A DNA stretch of 64,000 bases, taken from positions 8,674 through 72,673 of the forward strand of contig CALUMM010000002.1 of NCBI GenBank assembly GCA_944321755.1, read 5' to 3'. This document shows positions 47,493 through 58,012 of the stretch, one piece after another (positions within the stretch are counted from its first letter, which is position 1; every line of letters begins with the position of its first letter). The notes beneath the pieces were generated by a model. That model had not been told where the DNA came from, searched no databases, and was given only the letters and a program-made list of their open reading frames with translations. The DNA comes from an uncultured Alistipes sp. GTDB lineage: Bacteria; Bacteroidota; Bacteroidia; Bacteroidales; Rikenellaceae. The position numbers and the translations under genes were made by a program.

Positions 47493-48568
47493 TCTCCAAA
47501 CAGTTCGCTGCATCGCTCATAGAGTTTTTCACCGCGCAGCCCCTCGGCAATGATCCGGCCGTCGGGGTCGATCAGCCAGATGGCCGGGATTCCGTCGATA
47601 CCGTAGGCCTGAGCCACGGGCGACAGTTTCCCGCCGACCAGATCGCTGGCGTTGAGCCACACCATCTCATCCTCCTCGATGGCGCGTTTCCAATCCTCGG
47701 CCTTGCTGTCCAGCGAGAAGGAGAGCACCTCCAGGCCCGACTTGTGGAACGCCTCGTAGAGTTTGCGCGTATGGACGGTCTCGGCACGGCACGGCACGCA
47801 CCACGATGCCCAGAAGTCGAGCAGCACGTATTTGCCCCGCAGGTCCGACAGACGGATGGTCCCGCCGTCGGGCGTCCGGGCCGTGAAATCGGGCGCAATG
47901 GCGCCGGGCGATACCGAACGTACGATGTCGGCCCGGGCCTTCAGCTCGTTGTAATAGGGGTGACCGGCCAGGGGCGCGAAAAATGCCAGCAGCGAATCGA
48001 GCTTCCCGATCTTGTACATCGTGACGGGCCCCAACACGGTATAGAGGGCATGTATCGAGGTGGGATCGGCATAGGTCATCGAATCGAGGAAACGGTCGTA
48101 TTCATCGTTGAGGGCCGCCATGACGCTGGGGCCGCTTTTCGCAACAAAGGCCTGGTGACGCCGTTTGTTGAGGTCGCGGTTGAAGTCGCGCATGAGGTTG
48201 ATCCGGGCATTCTCCTTGCCGCCCGAGACACGGGCGAAATAGAAGTCGGGGAGCTCCCCTTCGATACGAACCGTACCCCGTTCCGAGACGAACTGCGCCG
48301 TACTGCGGCTCCCCTCCACGGCCAGTTCATAGACCCTTCCGATGAGGCTGTCGGGCAACTGCAGCGTAAAACCTCCATTCTCGGTCTTCGCCGTAGCAAC
48401 CGTATCACGGCCGTATTCACCCACTTTGGCCAGGACGTAAACCGAGGGATTCCCGTCCAGATTGCCGATCACACCTTCGAGTTTGCAACCGCTGTCGGCA
48501 CACGACGCGGCAAACAACATTCCGACCGCTGCGGCCACAACCGACAGCATTCCAATTTTCCGTTTCAT
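47489..48568 (-). CDS. TlpA/AhpC-TSA thioredoxin-like lipoprotein (DUF4369 N-terminus)
   Basis: Lipobox AASC; LLDFWASWCVPCR. Confidence 0.88.
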   Translation of the reverse strand: MKRKIGMLSVVAAAVGMLFAASCADSGCKLEGVIGNLDGNPSVYVLAKVGEYGRDTVATAKTENGGFTLQLPDSLIGRVYELAVEGSRSTAQFVSERGTVRIEGELPDFYFARVSGGKENARINLMRDFNRDLNKRRHQAFVAKSGPSVMAALNDEYDRFLDSMTYADPTSIHALYTVLGPVTMYKIGKLDSLLAFFAPLAGHPYYNELKARADIVRSVSPGAIAPDFTARTPDGGTIRLSDLRGKYVLLDFWASWCVPCRAETVHTRKLYEAFHKSGLEVLSFSLDSKAEDWKRAIEEDEMVWLNASDLVGGKLSPVAQAYGIDGIPAIWLIDPDGRIIAEGLRGEKLYERCSELFGE

Positions 48569-48592
48569 ATTTGAAAAAATCTATAAAAGAGT

Positions 48593-50176
48593 TTATTTCC
48601 ACTTGTATCCCAGCGAAACAATCCGGCCGAATCCGTCGTAAGCCTTCGGGCCCGACTCGACTACGCCGCTGGTCTCGCTGACCACATACTGCAGAAGTTT
48701 TCCTTCGCCCGTCGTCGGGTTCCAAATCCCCACATAGAGGAGCTTCCCGTAAAGCGTCGCATTCCCCAGGTCATCGTTGAACATCCAGAGCAGCGAGATC
48801 TCGTACCCCGGATACTCCTGCGCCACGTCGAAGAGGAGTTCCGCCGCCGAGGCATTTTCATAGAGGCAGCGGTAGACCTTTTGCGAAGTCCCGTAGAAGA
48901 CCACCGGACCGCGCGACCCGAAAGCAAAATGCGAAGCCTGAGCGATTTCCGGAGCAGCCGACAGGTCGTAAAGGCCCGCCCCCGTATTGGCCCCGGTCTC
49001 ATACCAGTTGGCATTCATGTCGATGGCGTAGAGCTTCCGCACGGACGGATCCCCGGGCTGCTGCATGAGGGCCAGGTAACGGTTGTTCGGGAATCCCATC
49101 TGTGCATAGACCATTTCGGTTTCGTTTTCCAGCGGCTTTTTCGGGTCAAAAGCCGCCCCGGAGGTCTCGAAAGCCTTGACCGCAGGTTGATAGTCAATAT
49201 ACAGGAATCGCTTGCTCAGCTTGTCGAAGAAGCAGCACCGTACTCCCGAGAAGGCCCCCGCCGTCACATTGCCGCCGATATAGGGTGCCGCATCATAGGG
49301 TTCGCCGAAACAGCGCACATCGTATTGTGCATAGGTGCCGGACGAGTTGCTGTCGCTGAAGTAGATCGAGCCCTTGTTGACCAGATACTCCTTGCTGCCA
49401 CTCCACAGGGCAAAACCCTCGAATCCGGGATCCTCAATACCCTCGCGGAAACACTCCTGATAGGTGTCTATGATCTTCATATCGGCAATCGAGAGGCGGT
49501 AACCGCCGCGGTCTCCACCCTGAAAGAGATAGATGTGATTGCCCCCGTTCCGCGGAGCCACGATCATGGCACCCTCCTCGGGATGCAGCCCTTCGTTGTT
49601 CCCCGAAAAAATGGCGTGCGTCACGTAGTCGTCGGAATAGCCCTCGATGGCGGCATTGACCTCGGGGTTCATCACCATGCTCACATCGCCCTTGCCCTCA
49701 GCGTCCTCGTGGAGCACCATAAGGCCCTGGGGTGCGATGGTCTCGACCCGCAGGCTGAGTTTTTCGTTCACCGTCACTCCGTTCGTACGGTCCGTGACGT
49801 AGAGGATCAGATGGTAATCCCGGGCCGGAAGGTCCACCGTGATGTCGAGCACCCGGTCGGTGGAGAGCAGCGAATCGATGAAATAGCCCAATGCGGGATC
49901 CGGAAGCCACAAGTCATCCTTAAGCTGCCAGCGGTAGGTCAGATTCTCGTCGCTTCCGCCCTGACTGACCTTCGGTTCGATCTTCAGCCGCTCCAACTGG
50001 CGGGCCACCACCGTCGAGGAGTTCAGGCCCATGTCGATTTCGATCGGCGTGAGTGTGCGATAATCGTAATTTCCGTTGTCCTTCACACAGCCCGACAGGG
50101 ACAACATAACGGCTACGGCTGCGGCTACGGCTGTCAGCCAAATGTATTTGCGCATCATTGTCAGATCTTTTTTCAT
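48593..50176 (-). CDS. PKD-like family lipoprotein
   Basis: LSGC.KDNGNYDY lipoprotein start, LTYRW and a probable beta-propeller C-terminal region. Confidence 0.8.
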   Translation of the reverse strand: MKKDLTMMRKYIWLTAVAAAVAVMLSLSGCVKDNGNYDYRTLTPIEIDMGLNSSTVVARQLERLKIEPKVSQGGSDENLTYRWQLKDDLWLPDPALGYFIDSLLSTDRVLDITVDLPARDYHLILYVTDRTNGVTVNEKLSLRVETIAPQGLMVLHEDAEGKGDVSMVMNPEVNAAIEGYSDDYVTHAIFSGNNEGLHPEEGAMIVAPRNGGNHIYLFQGGDRGGYRLSIADMKIIDTYQECFREGIEDPGFEGFALWSGSKEYLVNKGSIYFSDSNSSGTYAQYDVRCFGEPYDAAPYIGGNVTAGAFSGVRCCFFDKLSKRFLYIDYQPAVKAFETSGAAFDPKKPLENETEMVYAQMGFPNNRYLALMQQPGDPSVRKLYAIDMNANWYETGANTGAGLYDLSAAPEIAQASHFAFGSRGPVVFYGTSQKVYRCLYENASAAELLFDVAQEYPGYEISLLWMFNDDLGNATLYGKLLYVGIWNPTTGEGKLLQYVVSETSGVVESGPKAYDGFGRIVSLGYKWK

Positions 50177-50206
50177 GCTACGTTTTCGTGATTCTCGGCC
50201 GGGGGA

Positions 50207-50935
50207 TCAACCCAGACCGCCCGAGCCGCCGTTGTACACCGGAATCGAGATCGGCTTTCCGTCGTCCTCGTACTGCGGATTTTCGGAGAGGTACTCCCGG
50301 ACCTTGCGGTTGTAATAACCCAGCGTGGAGATGTCCGACGGAGGCGGCAGCTCCTCGATCCCGCACACGGAGAGAATGATTCCGTACTTCTTCTCGGTAA
50401 ATTCGCCCCAACAGGACTTGTAGACGGTCGAGTCCCAGTTGTCGGGCTTGATGTACTTGTCGCCCCAGCGCAGAATGGCCTCGTGCCCGCGGGTAAATCC
50501 CAGCGAGAAATCCGCATTGGGCTGCAGGGCCACAACCAGGCGAACCTCCTTGTCCTTGAGGCCTTCGCGGCGGAGCGTGACGGGGATCGTCGTTTCGTAA
50601 GCCCCGGCTGGGAGCGTCACCGATCCGGGCAGGTCGTAATGGGTCCCGGCCACGGCCGTGGTCTCTTCGGCATGGACGCCCACATTGATCGTGCGGTCCC
50701 GGTCGGCCGCGAATCCGAGGAGCCGAACCCGCAGGTCGAGCCGGTGCGTGGGTTCGTCGGTGATGGGGAACGAGAAGACCAGCGAATCGCGCAGGCTTAC
50801 CCCGTCGGCGGCCAGCATCTCGAAATAGACGGCCGGCGTCTCATCCTCGTAGATCATGATGTCTTTCTCGGAGCATCCGGCAACGGCTACAGCCAGCAGT
50901 CCTGTTCCCAAAAGATATAAAATGCTATTTTTCAT
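50207..50935 (-). CDS. DUF4843-like lipoprotein
   Basis: VAGC lipobox, G...DRDR, TTAVAGTHY and KPDNW...WG.F..KKY patterns. Confidence 0.75.
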   Translation of the reverse strand: MKNSILYLLGTGLLAVAVAGCSEKDIMIYEDETPAVYFEMLAADGVSLRDSLVFSFPITDEPTHRLDLRVRLLGFAADRDRTINVGVHAEETTAVAGTHYDLPGSVTLPAGAYETTIPVTLRREGLKDKEVRLVVALQPNADFSLGFTRGHEAILRWGDKYIKPDNWDSTVYKSCWGEFTEKKYGIILSVCGIEELPPPSDISTLGYYNRKVREYLSENPQYEDDGKPISIPVYNGGSGGLG

Positions 50936-50947
50936 AGTCGGATGGGA

Positions 50948-52402
50948 TTATTGGTTATACTCGGTCTCCAGATCGGGCCGTTCAATGGTGAAGGCATTGG
51001 GCAATGCATATTGCAGGTAACGGTACATCGTCCCGTCAGGCGTCCAGGCGTGGCGCTTGCAGAGGAAGTAGAAGTGCCCCTCACCCCAGAACTCCTTGAG
51101 GTATTCGTTGCGCAGGGCGCTCATCACACCCGCATCGTCGAGGCTCCCGGCATCGAGATCCACCGTAATGCCACGGTGCTGACGGACGGTATTCAGCAGC
51201 GAACAGGCTTCGGCGTTGTCGGTTCCGACCTTGCATTCGGCGGCGATGTAGTAGAGTTCCGAGAGCCGGAACAGCGGAATCCGGGCCGCATAGTCGCTGT
51301 TGTAGCCTTCGGGCTGATAAAAACGCTTGACGATGTAATTCTGCGAATAGCCGATCGTCGCCTTCTCGGTAACGTACAGTTTGCGGTAATCCGTAGCCCC
51401 GACACCTCCGGCCTCGTACCACTGCTCGAAGTAGTAGTAGCCCTTGCTCAGAATCTGAGCGGCCACGGTATTCTTCGAGAGCCATTTTTCATAGAGGTTT
51501 TCCAGATTGAAAACATTGAGCGCAAAGAGATGCTCGGTCGAGAAGGTGTAATCGCACTGCCGCTCGTCGCTGCCGGAGAGTTTCTCCGAAGCAATCCACG
51601 GGAAACGCTCCGTACAGTCGGCGATAAGCTGCGTGGCGGCGGTGTAGGCCCTCTGTTTGTCGCCGCTCCAGAGCAACGCCCGGGCCCGGAGAGCCCGCAC
51701 GGCATAATAGTTCATGCGCAGATGGCGGTCGCCGAGAAAGATGTCGCCCTCCACCGAGAAGGTCCCCGCACAAACCGGATCGGCATCGCGGAGCAACGCC
51801 TCGGCCTGCTCCAGGTCCTCGATGGCCCGGGCGATCACCTCACGGCCCGACGAATCGGGAACGGGGTTCTTGGTCAGCGACGCCACATAGGGAATTGCCG
51901 CAGCGTCGAGGTCGGCGAAGTCGCCGAAGATCTTGAAGAGCTCCAGGTGCAGGAAGGCCCGCAGCCCCAGCGCCTCGCCCTTGACAAGGGCGTAACGGTC
52001 TCCGGAGAAGAGATTCCGGCTGCCGTCGATACAGTCGAGGATGTTGTTCAGGTTGGCAATCGCATTGTAGAGTCCGTTCCAGAACCCGTCCGTCACGCTG
52101 CGGACATTGGTCGCGGAGAGGTCGCCCCTGGCCACATCGACATAGACCGTATTGTTGGTATAATCCAGGTCGTAGTTTCCCACGAGCGTTTCGAAAAACC
52201 CGTAGGTCAACTGGCGTCCGTAGAGCTCTTCGCCGATGAGTTTCGAGTAGACGCCCACGAGCGCATCCTCGAAACCCTGCTCCGAAGAGAGCAGATCGTC
52301 GGATTTCACCTTGCTCTTGAGGCGGACGTCGAGCCACTCTTCGCAACCCGAAAACAGCAGGGTTGCCAGCAGCAGTATTGCGTATGAAAATGCTTTTTTC
52401 AT
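50948..52402 (-). CDS. RagB/SusD outer-membrane lipoprotein
   Basis: FSGCEEWLDV, GEALGLRAFLH, RLSELYYIAAE and KEFWGEG motifs. Confidence 0.92.
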   Translation of the reverse strand: MKKAFSYAILLLATLLFSGCEEWLDVRLKSKVKSDDLLSSEQGFEDALVGVYSKLIGEELYGRQLTYGFFETLVGNYDLDYTNNTVYVDVARGDLSATNVRSVTDGFWNGLYNAIANLNNILDCIDGSRNLFSGDRYALVKGEALGLRAFLHLELFKIFGDFADLDAAAIPYVASLTKNPVPDSSGREVIARAIEDLEQAEALLRDADPVCAGTFSVEGDIFLGDRHLRMNYYAVRALRARALLWSGDKQRAYTAATQLIADCTERFPWIASEKLSGSDERQCDYTFSTEHLFALNVFNLENLYEKWLSKNTVAAQILSKGYYYFEQWYEAGGVGATDYRKLYVTEKATIGYSQNYIVKRFYQPEGYNSDYAARIPLFRLSELYYIAAECKVGTDNAEACSLLNTVRQHRGITVDLDAGSLDDAGVMSALRNEYLKEFWGEGHFYFLCKRHAWTPDGTMYRYLQYALPNAFTIERPDLETEYNQ

Positions 52403-52414
52403 GGTTCGGAGGGT

Positions 52415-55400
52415 TTAGAAATTAACGATCAGGGTGCAGGAGCCGGTGCGGGCGAACGGATAGGTGGTACCGCGCTCGATCTTCACGCTCGAAAACGAGG
52501 CCACGTCGTTCATGTTCACGAAGAGCTGCAGCCGCTCGATGCGGAGTTTCTTGAGGAACTTCCAGCGGTAGAAATCGTAGCCGATCGAGATCGAGGAGAT
52601 GTCCAGCCGGTTGTAGTCCTGCACGAAGCGCGAGGTGGCCAGCGTAGGCTGCTGCCAGTCGCCGACATTGCGGAACAGCACGCGGTCACCCGGCTGCTTC
52701 CAGGTGGCGTAGTAGGCCCGGCGGTCGACATTGCCGTTCATCTGGGCGTTCTCGACCTTGTCGATGAGCGTCGTGTTGTAGATCTGTCCGCCCCAGCGGT
52801 AGCTGCACGACAGCGCCACGGAGAGGCCCTTGTATTCGATGTTGAATCCGAACATGCCGCGCATCTTGTCCTCGGTATCTCCGCAGATGACCTTGTCGGC
52901 CACATCCCACGTGTCGGTCATCTCCCCGTCGCGCGTCAGGAACACCTCCTGCCCCGACGCCGGATCGATGCCCAGCGAACGGACCGCCCAGATGGCACTC
53001 AGCGACTCGCCCTCCTCGAAACGGACCAGCGGCCGGCTGTCGCTCTTCGAGAGTTCGTCCTGCTCGGCGTTCACCGAACGCAGCGAGTTGGAGATCCGGC
53101 GGATCTCGTTGGTGTTGTGCGTTCCGTTGACGAAGAGAATGATCGAAGTGCGGTCCTCGGGGCGCGAGAAGACATTGGCGCTGAGGTTGAATTCGACGCC
53201 CTGGTTGAGGATCTCGCCCAGATTGGCCTTGTAGGTCGTGAAGCCGAGCGAGGGCGGGATGTTGATATCGGTCAGGAAGTCCTTGGTCACGGCCCGGTAG
53301 TAGTCGAAGCGCAGTTTCAGACGCCCCCAGAGATCCATGTCGAAGCCGATGTTGGCATCGAACTTCTGCTGCCACTTCAGATCCTCGTTGGCCAGGGCTT
53401 CGAGGTAGACGCCCGACATGCCCTGGTAGTTGCGGTCGGTGTAGTAGTTGTAGAGCAGCTGTGCCTGGTAGGAGTTGAAGGACTGCGACCCTGTCGTACC
53501 GACCGACCCGCGGATCTTGAGCTGCCGGAGCCACCGCACGTCGCGCAGGAAAGGTTCGTTGTGGATGTTCCAGCCCAGGCCCGCCGACCAGAAGAGACCC
53601 CAGCGGCTGTTCGTCCCGAACTGCGAGGAGGCATTCCCGCGCAGGGTCATGTCGGCCAGGTAGCGGTTGTCGTAGGAGTAGTTCCCCGAGAAGAGCGCAC
53701 CGACGGCCCTGTTGAGCGATTCGCTGCCCGTGGGCGTGCTGTTCTCGGCATACTGCTTGGCGAAGATGATGTTGTCCATCTGCGCATTGGGGAATCCCAC
53801 GGCCGAATAGACGTAATTCTCACTCTTGTTCTGCTCGATGTTCACTCCGGCATTGGCGAAGAGCGCATGGCGTCCCCAGGTCTGGTTGTACTGCAGGTTC
53901 AGGTCGCCGCTCACCGAGGCGTACTTCCCGTGCCCCGAGGTGTAGGAGCCGCGTTTGAGGTATTCGTCGGTCGACGAGGCGAGGATATTCCGGAACGACG
54001 AGTGCGAAGCGGGCAGGAACTCCTCCGTCCCGGTAGTCTGCTGCGTGAAGGAGAAGCGCCCGACGACCTTCAGGCGGTCGTTGAACTGGTATTCGAGATA
54101 GGTGTTGTTCGTCACGTCGAAGTAGTTCGAGCCGTACCGTGTTCCGTTCGAGGCGTCGGTCATCGGGTTGTAGACCATTGCCGAGTTGACCGGCCCGTAG
54201 CCGAGTTGTTCGAGCAGGTTGCCGTTGTCGTCGCGGATGCGCCAGTAGGGATTCAGCGCCACGTAGTCCGAGAAGGAGCCGTAGGGCGAATCCTCCGACT
54301 TGGTGCCCGTGAGGGTGATCAGGTTGCGGAAGAGGAACTTCCGCCAGCGGTAGCTGACGTCGGCGCCTCCGGAGAGCGTGTTGCGGAACGAGCCCTTCAT
54401 CACACCCTGCACGTCGTTGTATCCGAAATCGAATCCGGCGCGCAGGTCCTCGGCGCCCACCTCCAGCCGCACGGAGTGCTTGTGGCCGACCCCGACGCGC
54501 GTGGGCTGTGCGAGCCAGTCGGTATTCACACCGCTGCGCACGGCCTCCAGGTTTTTATAGTAAAGATCCTTCTTGTCGATGTCGCTCTGCGGCTGATCGC
54601 CGTCATAGAAGCCCAGCAGGCGCTCCAGTTCGAGTTTCTCCTCGGCATTACACATGTTGTAGCTCGACAGGTCGGGGATTTCGAGCGACAGGCTTCCGGT
54701 GTAGTTCACACGCACCTCCCCGGCCGTCAGCTTCACGGTCTCGATGACCACCACGCCGTTGGCGGCCTTCGAACCGTAGATGGCCTTGGCCGAGGCGTCC
54801 TTCAGCAGCGTGACACTCTCGATGCGGTTCATGTCCAGGTCGAGAACCTTCTGGAGCGTGGTTTCGAAACCGTCGAGGATGAACAGCGGCTGGTTGGGGT
54901 CCTGGGTGTACTGCCCCTTCAGGTCGGGGAACGACGACGAACCCCGCATCTCGATCACCGGGAGGTTGTTGGGGTCGGAACCCATCGACAGGTTGTCGAT
55001 CATGTTGAACGACGGATCGAGGTTCTTCAGGCTCTGGAGCAGGTTCTGGTTGCCGCGGCTCATCAGCTCCTGGCGGGTGACGGTGACCGACGAACCGGTG
55101 AAGCTCTCGGCCTTGCGGGTGAAGATACCCGTCACGACGATATTCTCGACATCGACGGCCGCAGGCTGGAGCCGGACGTCGTGCGTCTGCTCCATGTGGA
55201 GCAGGAAGCGCTGCGGGGTGTAGCCCACGAAGGAGTAGACGATGGTCAACCCGTCAGCCACGCCCGTAAGGCGGTAGGTGCCCTGCGCATCGGTGGTCGT
55301 ACCGCGGTCGGTCCCGACGATGGCGATGGTGACCCCGGCCATCGGGAGGCCCTTCTCATCGCAGACCGTACCGGTGAGTTCGCGCTCCGCGGACCGAAGG

Positions 55401-55756
55401 GGGGGGGTAGCGGAGGGTGCCGAAGAGCGGGGCTGTACCCGCACGATGACCACATGCCGGTCGTTGAATTCATAGGTGAGCGACGTTCCGCGGAGCACTT
55501 CGTCGAGGACCTTGCTCAACGGAGCGTTCACGACCTGCACGGAGCGGTTCGGGACCCGGGCGATCTCGCCCGCATTGTAGACGAACGACAGACCGCTCTG
55601 CTGCTGCAGTTCGGTGAAGATTTTCGAAAGAGGCGAGGCCGGCATACTGAGCGTAACGGGCTGATTCTGCGCCACGACGAGCGTCGTCAGCAGCAGACAC
55701 CCGGCCGTCAGGAGCAGGCGCAGCTTCCGGAATGGGTTGCAGTAGATTTTTTTCAT
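52415..55756 (-). CDS. SusC/RagA TonB-dependent transporter with N-terminal STN signalling domain
   Basis: STN and CarboxypepD-like N-terminus, PLFILDG, LKDASAKAIYGSKAANGVVVI, terminal Phe. Confidence 0.95.
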   Translation of the reverse strand: MKKIYCNPFRKLRLLLTAGCLLLTTLVVAQNQPVTLSMPASPLSKIFTELQQQSGLSFVYNAGEIARVPNRSVQVVNAPLSKVLDEVLRGTSLTYEFNDRHVVIVRVQPRSSAPSATPPLRSAERELTGTVCDEKGLPMAGVTIAIVGTDRGTTTDAQGTYRLTGVADGLTIVYSFVGYTPQRFLLHMEQTHDVRLQPAAVDVENIVVTGIFTRKAESFTGSSVTVTRQELMSRGNQNLLQSLKNLDPSFNMIDNLSMGSDPNNLPVIEMRGSSSFPDLKGQYTQDPNQPLFILDGFETTLQKVLDLDMNRIESVTLLKDASAKAIYGSKAANGVVVIETVKLTAGEVRVNYTGSLSLEIPDLSSYNMCNAEEKLELERLLGFYDGDQPQSDIDKKDLYYKNLEAVRSGVNTDWLAQPTRVGVGHKHSVRLEVGAEDLRAGFDFGYNDVQGVMKGSFRNTLSGGADVSYRWRKFLFRNLITLTGTKSEDSPYGSFSDYVALNPYWRIRDDNGNLLEQLGYGPVNSAMVYNPMTDASNGTRYGSNYFDVTNNTYLEYQFNDRLKVVGRFSFTQQTTGTEEFLPASHSSFRNILASSTDEYLKRGSYTSGHGKYASVSGDLNLQYNQTWGRHALFANAGVNIEQNKSENYVYSAVGFPNAQMDNIIFAKQYAENSTPTGSESLNRAVGALFSGNYSYDNRYLADMTLRGNASSQFGTNSRWGLFWSAGLGWNIHNEPFLRDVRWLRQLKIRGSVGTTGSQSFNSYQAQLLYNYYTDRNYQGMSGVYLEALANEDLKWQQKFDANIGFDMDLWGRLKLRFDYYRAVTKDFLTDINIPPSLGFTTYKANLGEILNQGVEFNLSANVFSRPEDRTSIILFVNGTHNTNEIRRISNSLRSVNAEQDELSKSDSRPLVRFEEGESLSAIWAVRSLGIDPASGQEVFLTRDGEMTDTWDVADKVICGDTEDKMRGMFGFNIEYKGLSVALSCSYRWGGQIYNTTLIDKVENAQMNGNVDRRAYYATWKQPGDRVLFRNVGDWQQPTLATSRFVQDYNRLDISSISIGYDFYRWKFLKKLRIERLQLFVNMNDVASFSSVKIERGTTYPFARTGSCTLIVNF

Positions 55757-55849
55757 GTCAACGAGGTTTTTTGAGGTACGGGGCCCGAAGGCCAGGCTTA
55801 TCGGAGGCCCGCCGGGGCGGGCAGAGGCTGAAAGGGGATGGAGCGATGC

Positions 55850-56962
55850 TTATTCAATGACGATGTCACCTCCCTCCTCTTTGTATTGGAAATGACCGAC
55901 CTTGGCCAGCAGGTCGAGAATGGGCCGCAAGGTCGGATAGCGCTGGATCCGGGCCGAGATGACCTCCCGGGCGGCCGTCTCGCGGCCGAAACGGATCCGG
56001 CATTCGTAGCGGGCTTCGAGCCGCCGGGCGATTTCGCCGAGCGTCATGCGGTCGAAGAGCAGGAATCCGTCCCGCAGCGCCGTATAGAGCCGGGTATCGA
56101 CCTCGCGGAGTTCGATTTCCGTTCCGGCGGTCTCGGCCTGGTTGCCGGGGTGCATGACGACCGACTGCCCGGTAGCGGTCGTGAAGGAGACCTCACCCTC
56201 GACGAGTGTCGCCACGGAGCGTCCCTGCTGCTGCTGAATGAGGAATTCGGTGCCGAACACCCGGACCGCAGCGTTTTCGAGGGCGACGACGAAGGGCTTG
56301 TCGGGATCGGGAGCCACGTCGAAATAGACCTCTCCCGCGGCCTCGACCCGGCGGTTGTCGCCCTCGAAACGGAGCGGGAAGCGCAACCGCGAGTAGTTGC
56401 CGATCCAGACGCGGGTTCCGTCGCTGAATTCGAGGGTCTGTTCGGGACCTGTTCCGACGGCGATTTCGCAGTATTCGGGTTCCGAAGCCCGGAGGGATTC
56501 CGAAGTCCCGACGCGCAGCAGCCCGGTACTGTCACGGCTCATGCCGAGCGTATCGGCGGCAAAGACACCCTCGATGGCGCGGCTCGAACCGTCGGGAAGG
56601 GTCAGCACCACCTCGGCAGCCACTTCGGACCAGTCCCGAAGGGGTTCCGGTGCGGAATCCTGGCGCAGCAGCAGAAAACCGGCCCCCGCCACGAAGAGCA
56701 GGACGGCCGCGGCCGCCGCATAACGGATCGTCCGCAACAGCCGGTTGCGGGCATTCCGCCGTTCGACGATCCGCAGGGCGCGCTGCGTATCCACCCGCAC
56801 GTAGCGGTGTCCGGACTCCAGGTCGCGGCACAACCGATTGAAAATATTCCTGTTTCGTTCCGAGGCATCGAGCCACTGCTCCAGGCGTTCGATCTCGGTG
56901 CGATCCGCCTCTGCATTCAGGAAACGGACGATCAGATCGGAAATTTCGTCGTAATCTTTCAT
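55850..56962 (-). CDS. FecR-family anti-sigma factor
   Basis: LEQWL, TM helix, SDGTRVW, GEVYFDV and V.VFGTEF motifs. Confidence 0.92.
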   Translation of the reverse strand: MKDYDEISDLIVRFLNAEADRTEIERLEQWLDASERNRNIFNRLCRDLESGHRYVRVDTQRALRIVERRNARNRLLRTIRYAAAAAVLLFVAGAGFLLLRQDSAPEPLRDWSEVAAEVVLTLPDGSSRAIEGVFAADTLGMSRDSTGLLRVGTSESLRASEPEYCEIAVGTGPEQTLEFSDGTRVWIGNYSRLRFPLRFEGDNRRVEAAGEVYFDVAPDPDKPFVVALENAAVRVFGTEFLIQQQQGRSVATLVEGEVSFTTATGQSVVMHPGNQAETAGTEIELREVDTRLYTALRDGFLLFDRMTLGEIARRLEARYECRIRFGRETAAREVISARIQRYPTLRPILDLLAKVGHFQYKEEGGDIVIE

Positions 56963-57268
56963 GGTAAACAGCCGACTTTTTATATTATTACACCGTTCTG
57001 CCGGAAAAAGGGTAACGATTTGTCATTTTTTTTACATCCGGAACCGGCAACAGCGCCCAAAACAACGGGGCAAAGGGCCTGGAAACGTCCGGAAAATGAA
57101 AATGGCGCCTGTTTGTAAGGCATATACTTCGGAGCATAAAATTCAGAGGAACAGATATTTGGGCAGAGGAGGCAGCGATTCGTCAGATTTTTCGGAAGCA
57201 AAATGGGGAACGTGTTTATTATTTTCTTTAATTTTGTCCCATCCCGACACATCCGGAGTTCCGCAATC

Positions 57269-57796
57269 GTGATCGAACACCTCGCATACGAACACTATTA
57301 CCGCCGCCTCTTCGAAACCTATTACGGTTCGTTGGTCAATTTCGCATGTCGCTACGCGCACGATCCGGAAGAGGCCGAAGATATCGTACAGAACATCTTC
57401 GTGGCGATGTGGAACGGCCGGGTGCATTTCGAGAACGAGTTGAAAATGCGCAACTACCTCTACCGCGCCACGATCCACGGCGTCTACAACGTCGAACGCC
57501 ACCGCCGGGTCTGCGAAAGCGGCATGGCGGTGCTCTCGCAGCACCAGGCGCAGGATGACAATCTGTTGCAGGATGCCATCCAGGAGCATGAACTCTGGTG
57601 CCGGGTGGTCGAGGCGGTGGACGAACTCCCGGAGCGCTGCCGGGAGATCTGCCGCATGACGCTGGCCGGGAAAAAGCCCTCACAAATTGCCGAAGAACTC
57701 GGACTTTCGGTCGAAACGGTCAAGAAACAGAAAAAGATCGCAATCCAGAAACTCAAGGATCGGTTCGGCGTGTGGATCCTGCTGTTATTTTCCTGA
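57269..57796 (+). CDS. ECF sigma-70 factor
   Basis: AEDIVQNIF..W, LPERCREI and IAEELGLSVETVKKQ motifs. GTG start at 57269 is supported by a TAATTTTG -7 element at 57229-57236. Confidence 0.9.
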   Translation: MIEHLAYEHYYRRLFETYYGSLVNFACRYAHDPEEAEDIVQNIFVAMWNGRVHFENELKMRNYLYRATIHGVYNVERHRRVCESGMAVLSQHQAQDDNLLQDAIQEHELWCRVVEAVDELPERCREICRMTLAGKKPSQIAEELGLSVETVKKQKKIAIQKLKDRFGVWILLLFS

Positions 57797-57848
57797 TACG
57801 CAGGCAAGCCTCGCGAGAATGAAGCCGGACCAGGGAACGGTCCGGACA

Positions 57849-57875
57849 CAAAAAATCCCTGCCCGAAGGCAGGGA
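57849..57875 (-). terminator. Intrinsic terminator
   Basis: tccctgcc-cgaa-ggcaggga preceded by an A-run (U-tract on the - strand). Confidence 0.65.
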
Positions 57876-58012
57876 ACCAGGCAAACAATCGTTTAACTAA
57901 AAAGATTAATAAAATAAAAAATTAAAAAATGAACTGTTGAGGATGAAAGCCAGCAAGGATTTATAATTTCACTCTCCACACCGAAAACCCCTGCTGCTTC
58001 CATCCGTTTCGG

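Noticed and set aside
9578-55774. Long antisense or alternative-frame ORFs (e.g. 9578-12205, 34166-36784, 39570-42536, 53117-55774)
   Set aside because: They are shadows of well-recognised genes on the opposite strand, as expected from high GC3 codon bias, and contain no motifs.
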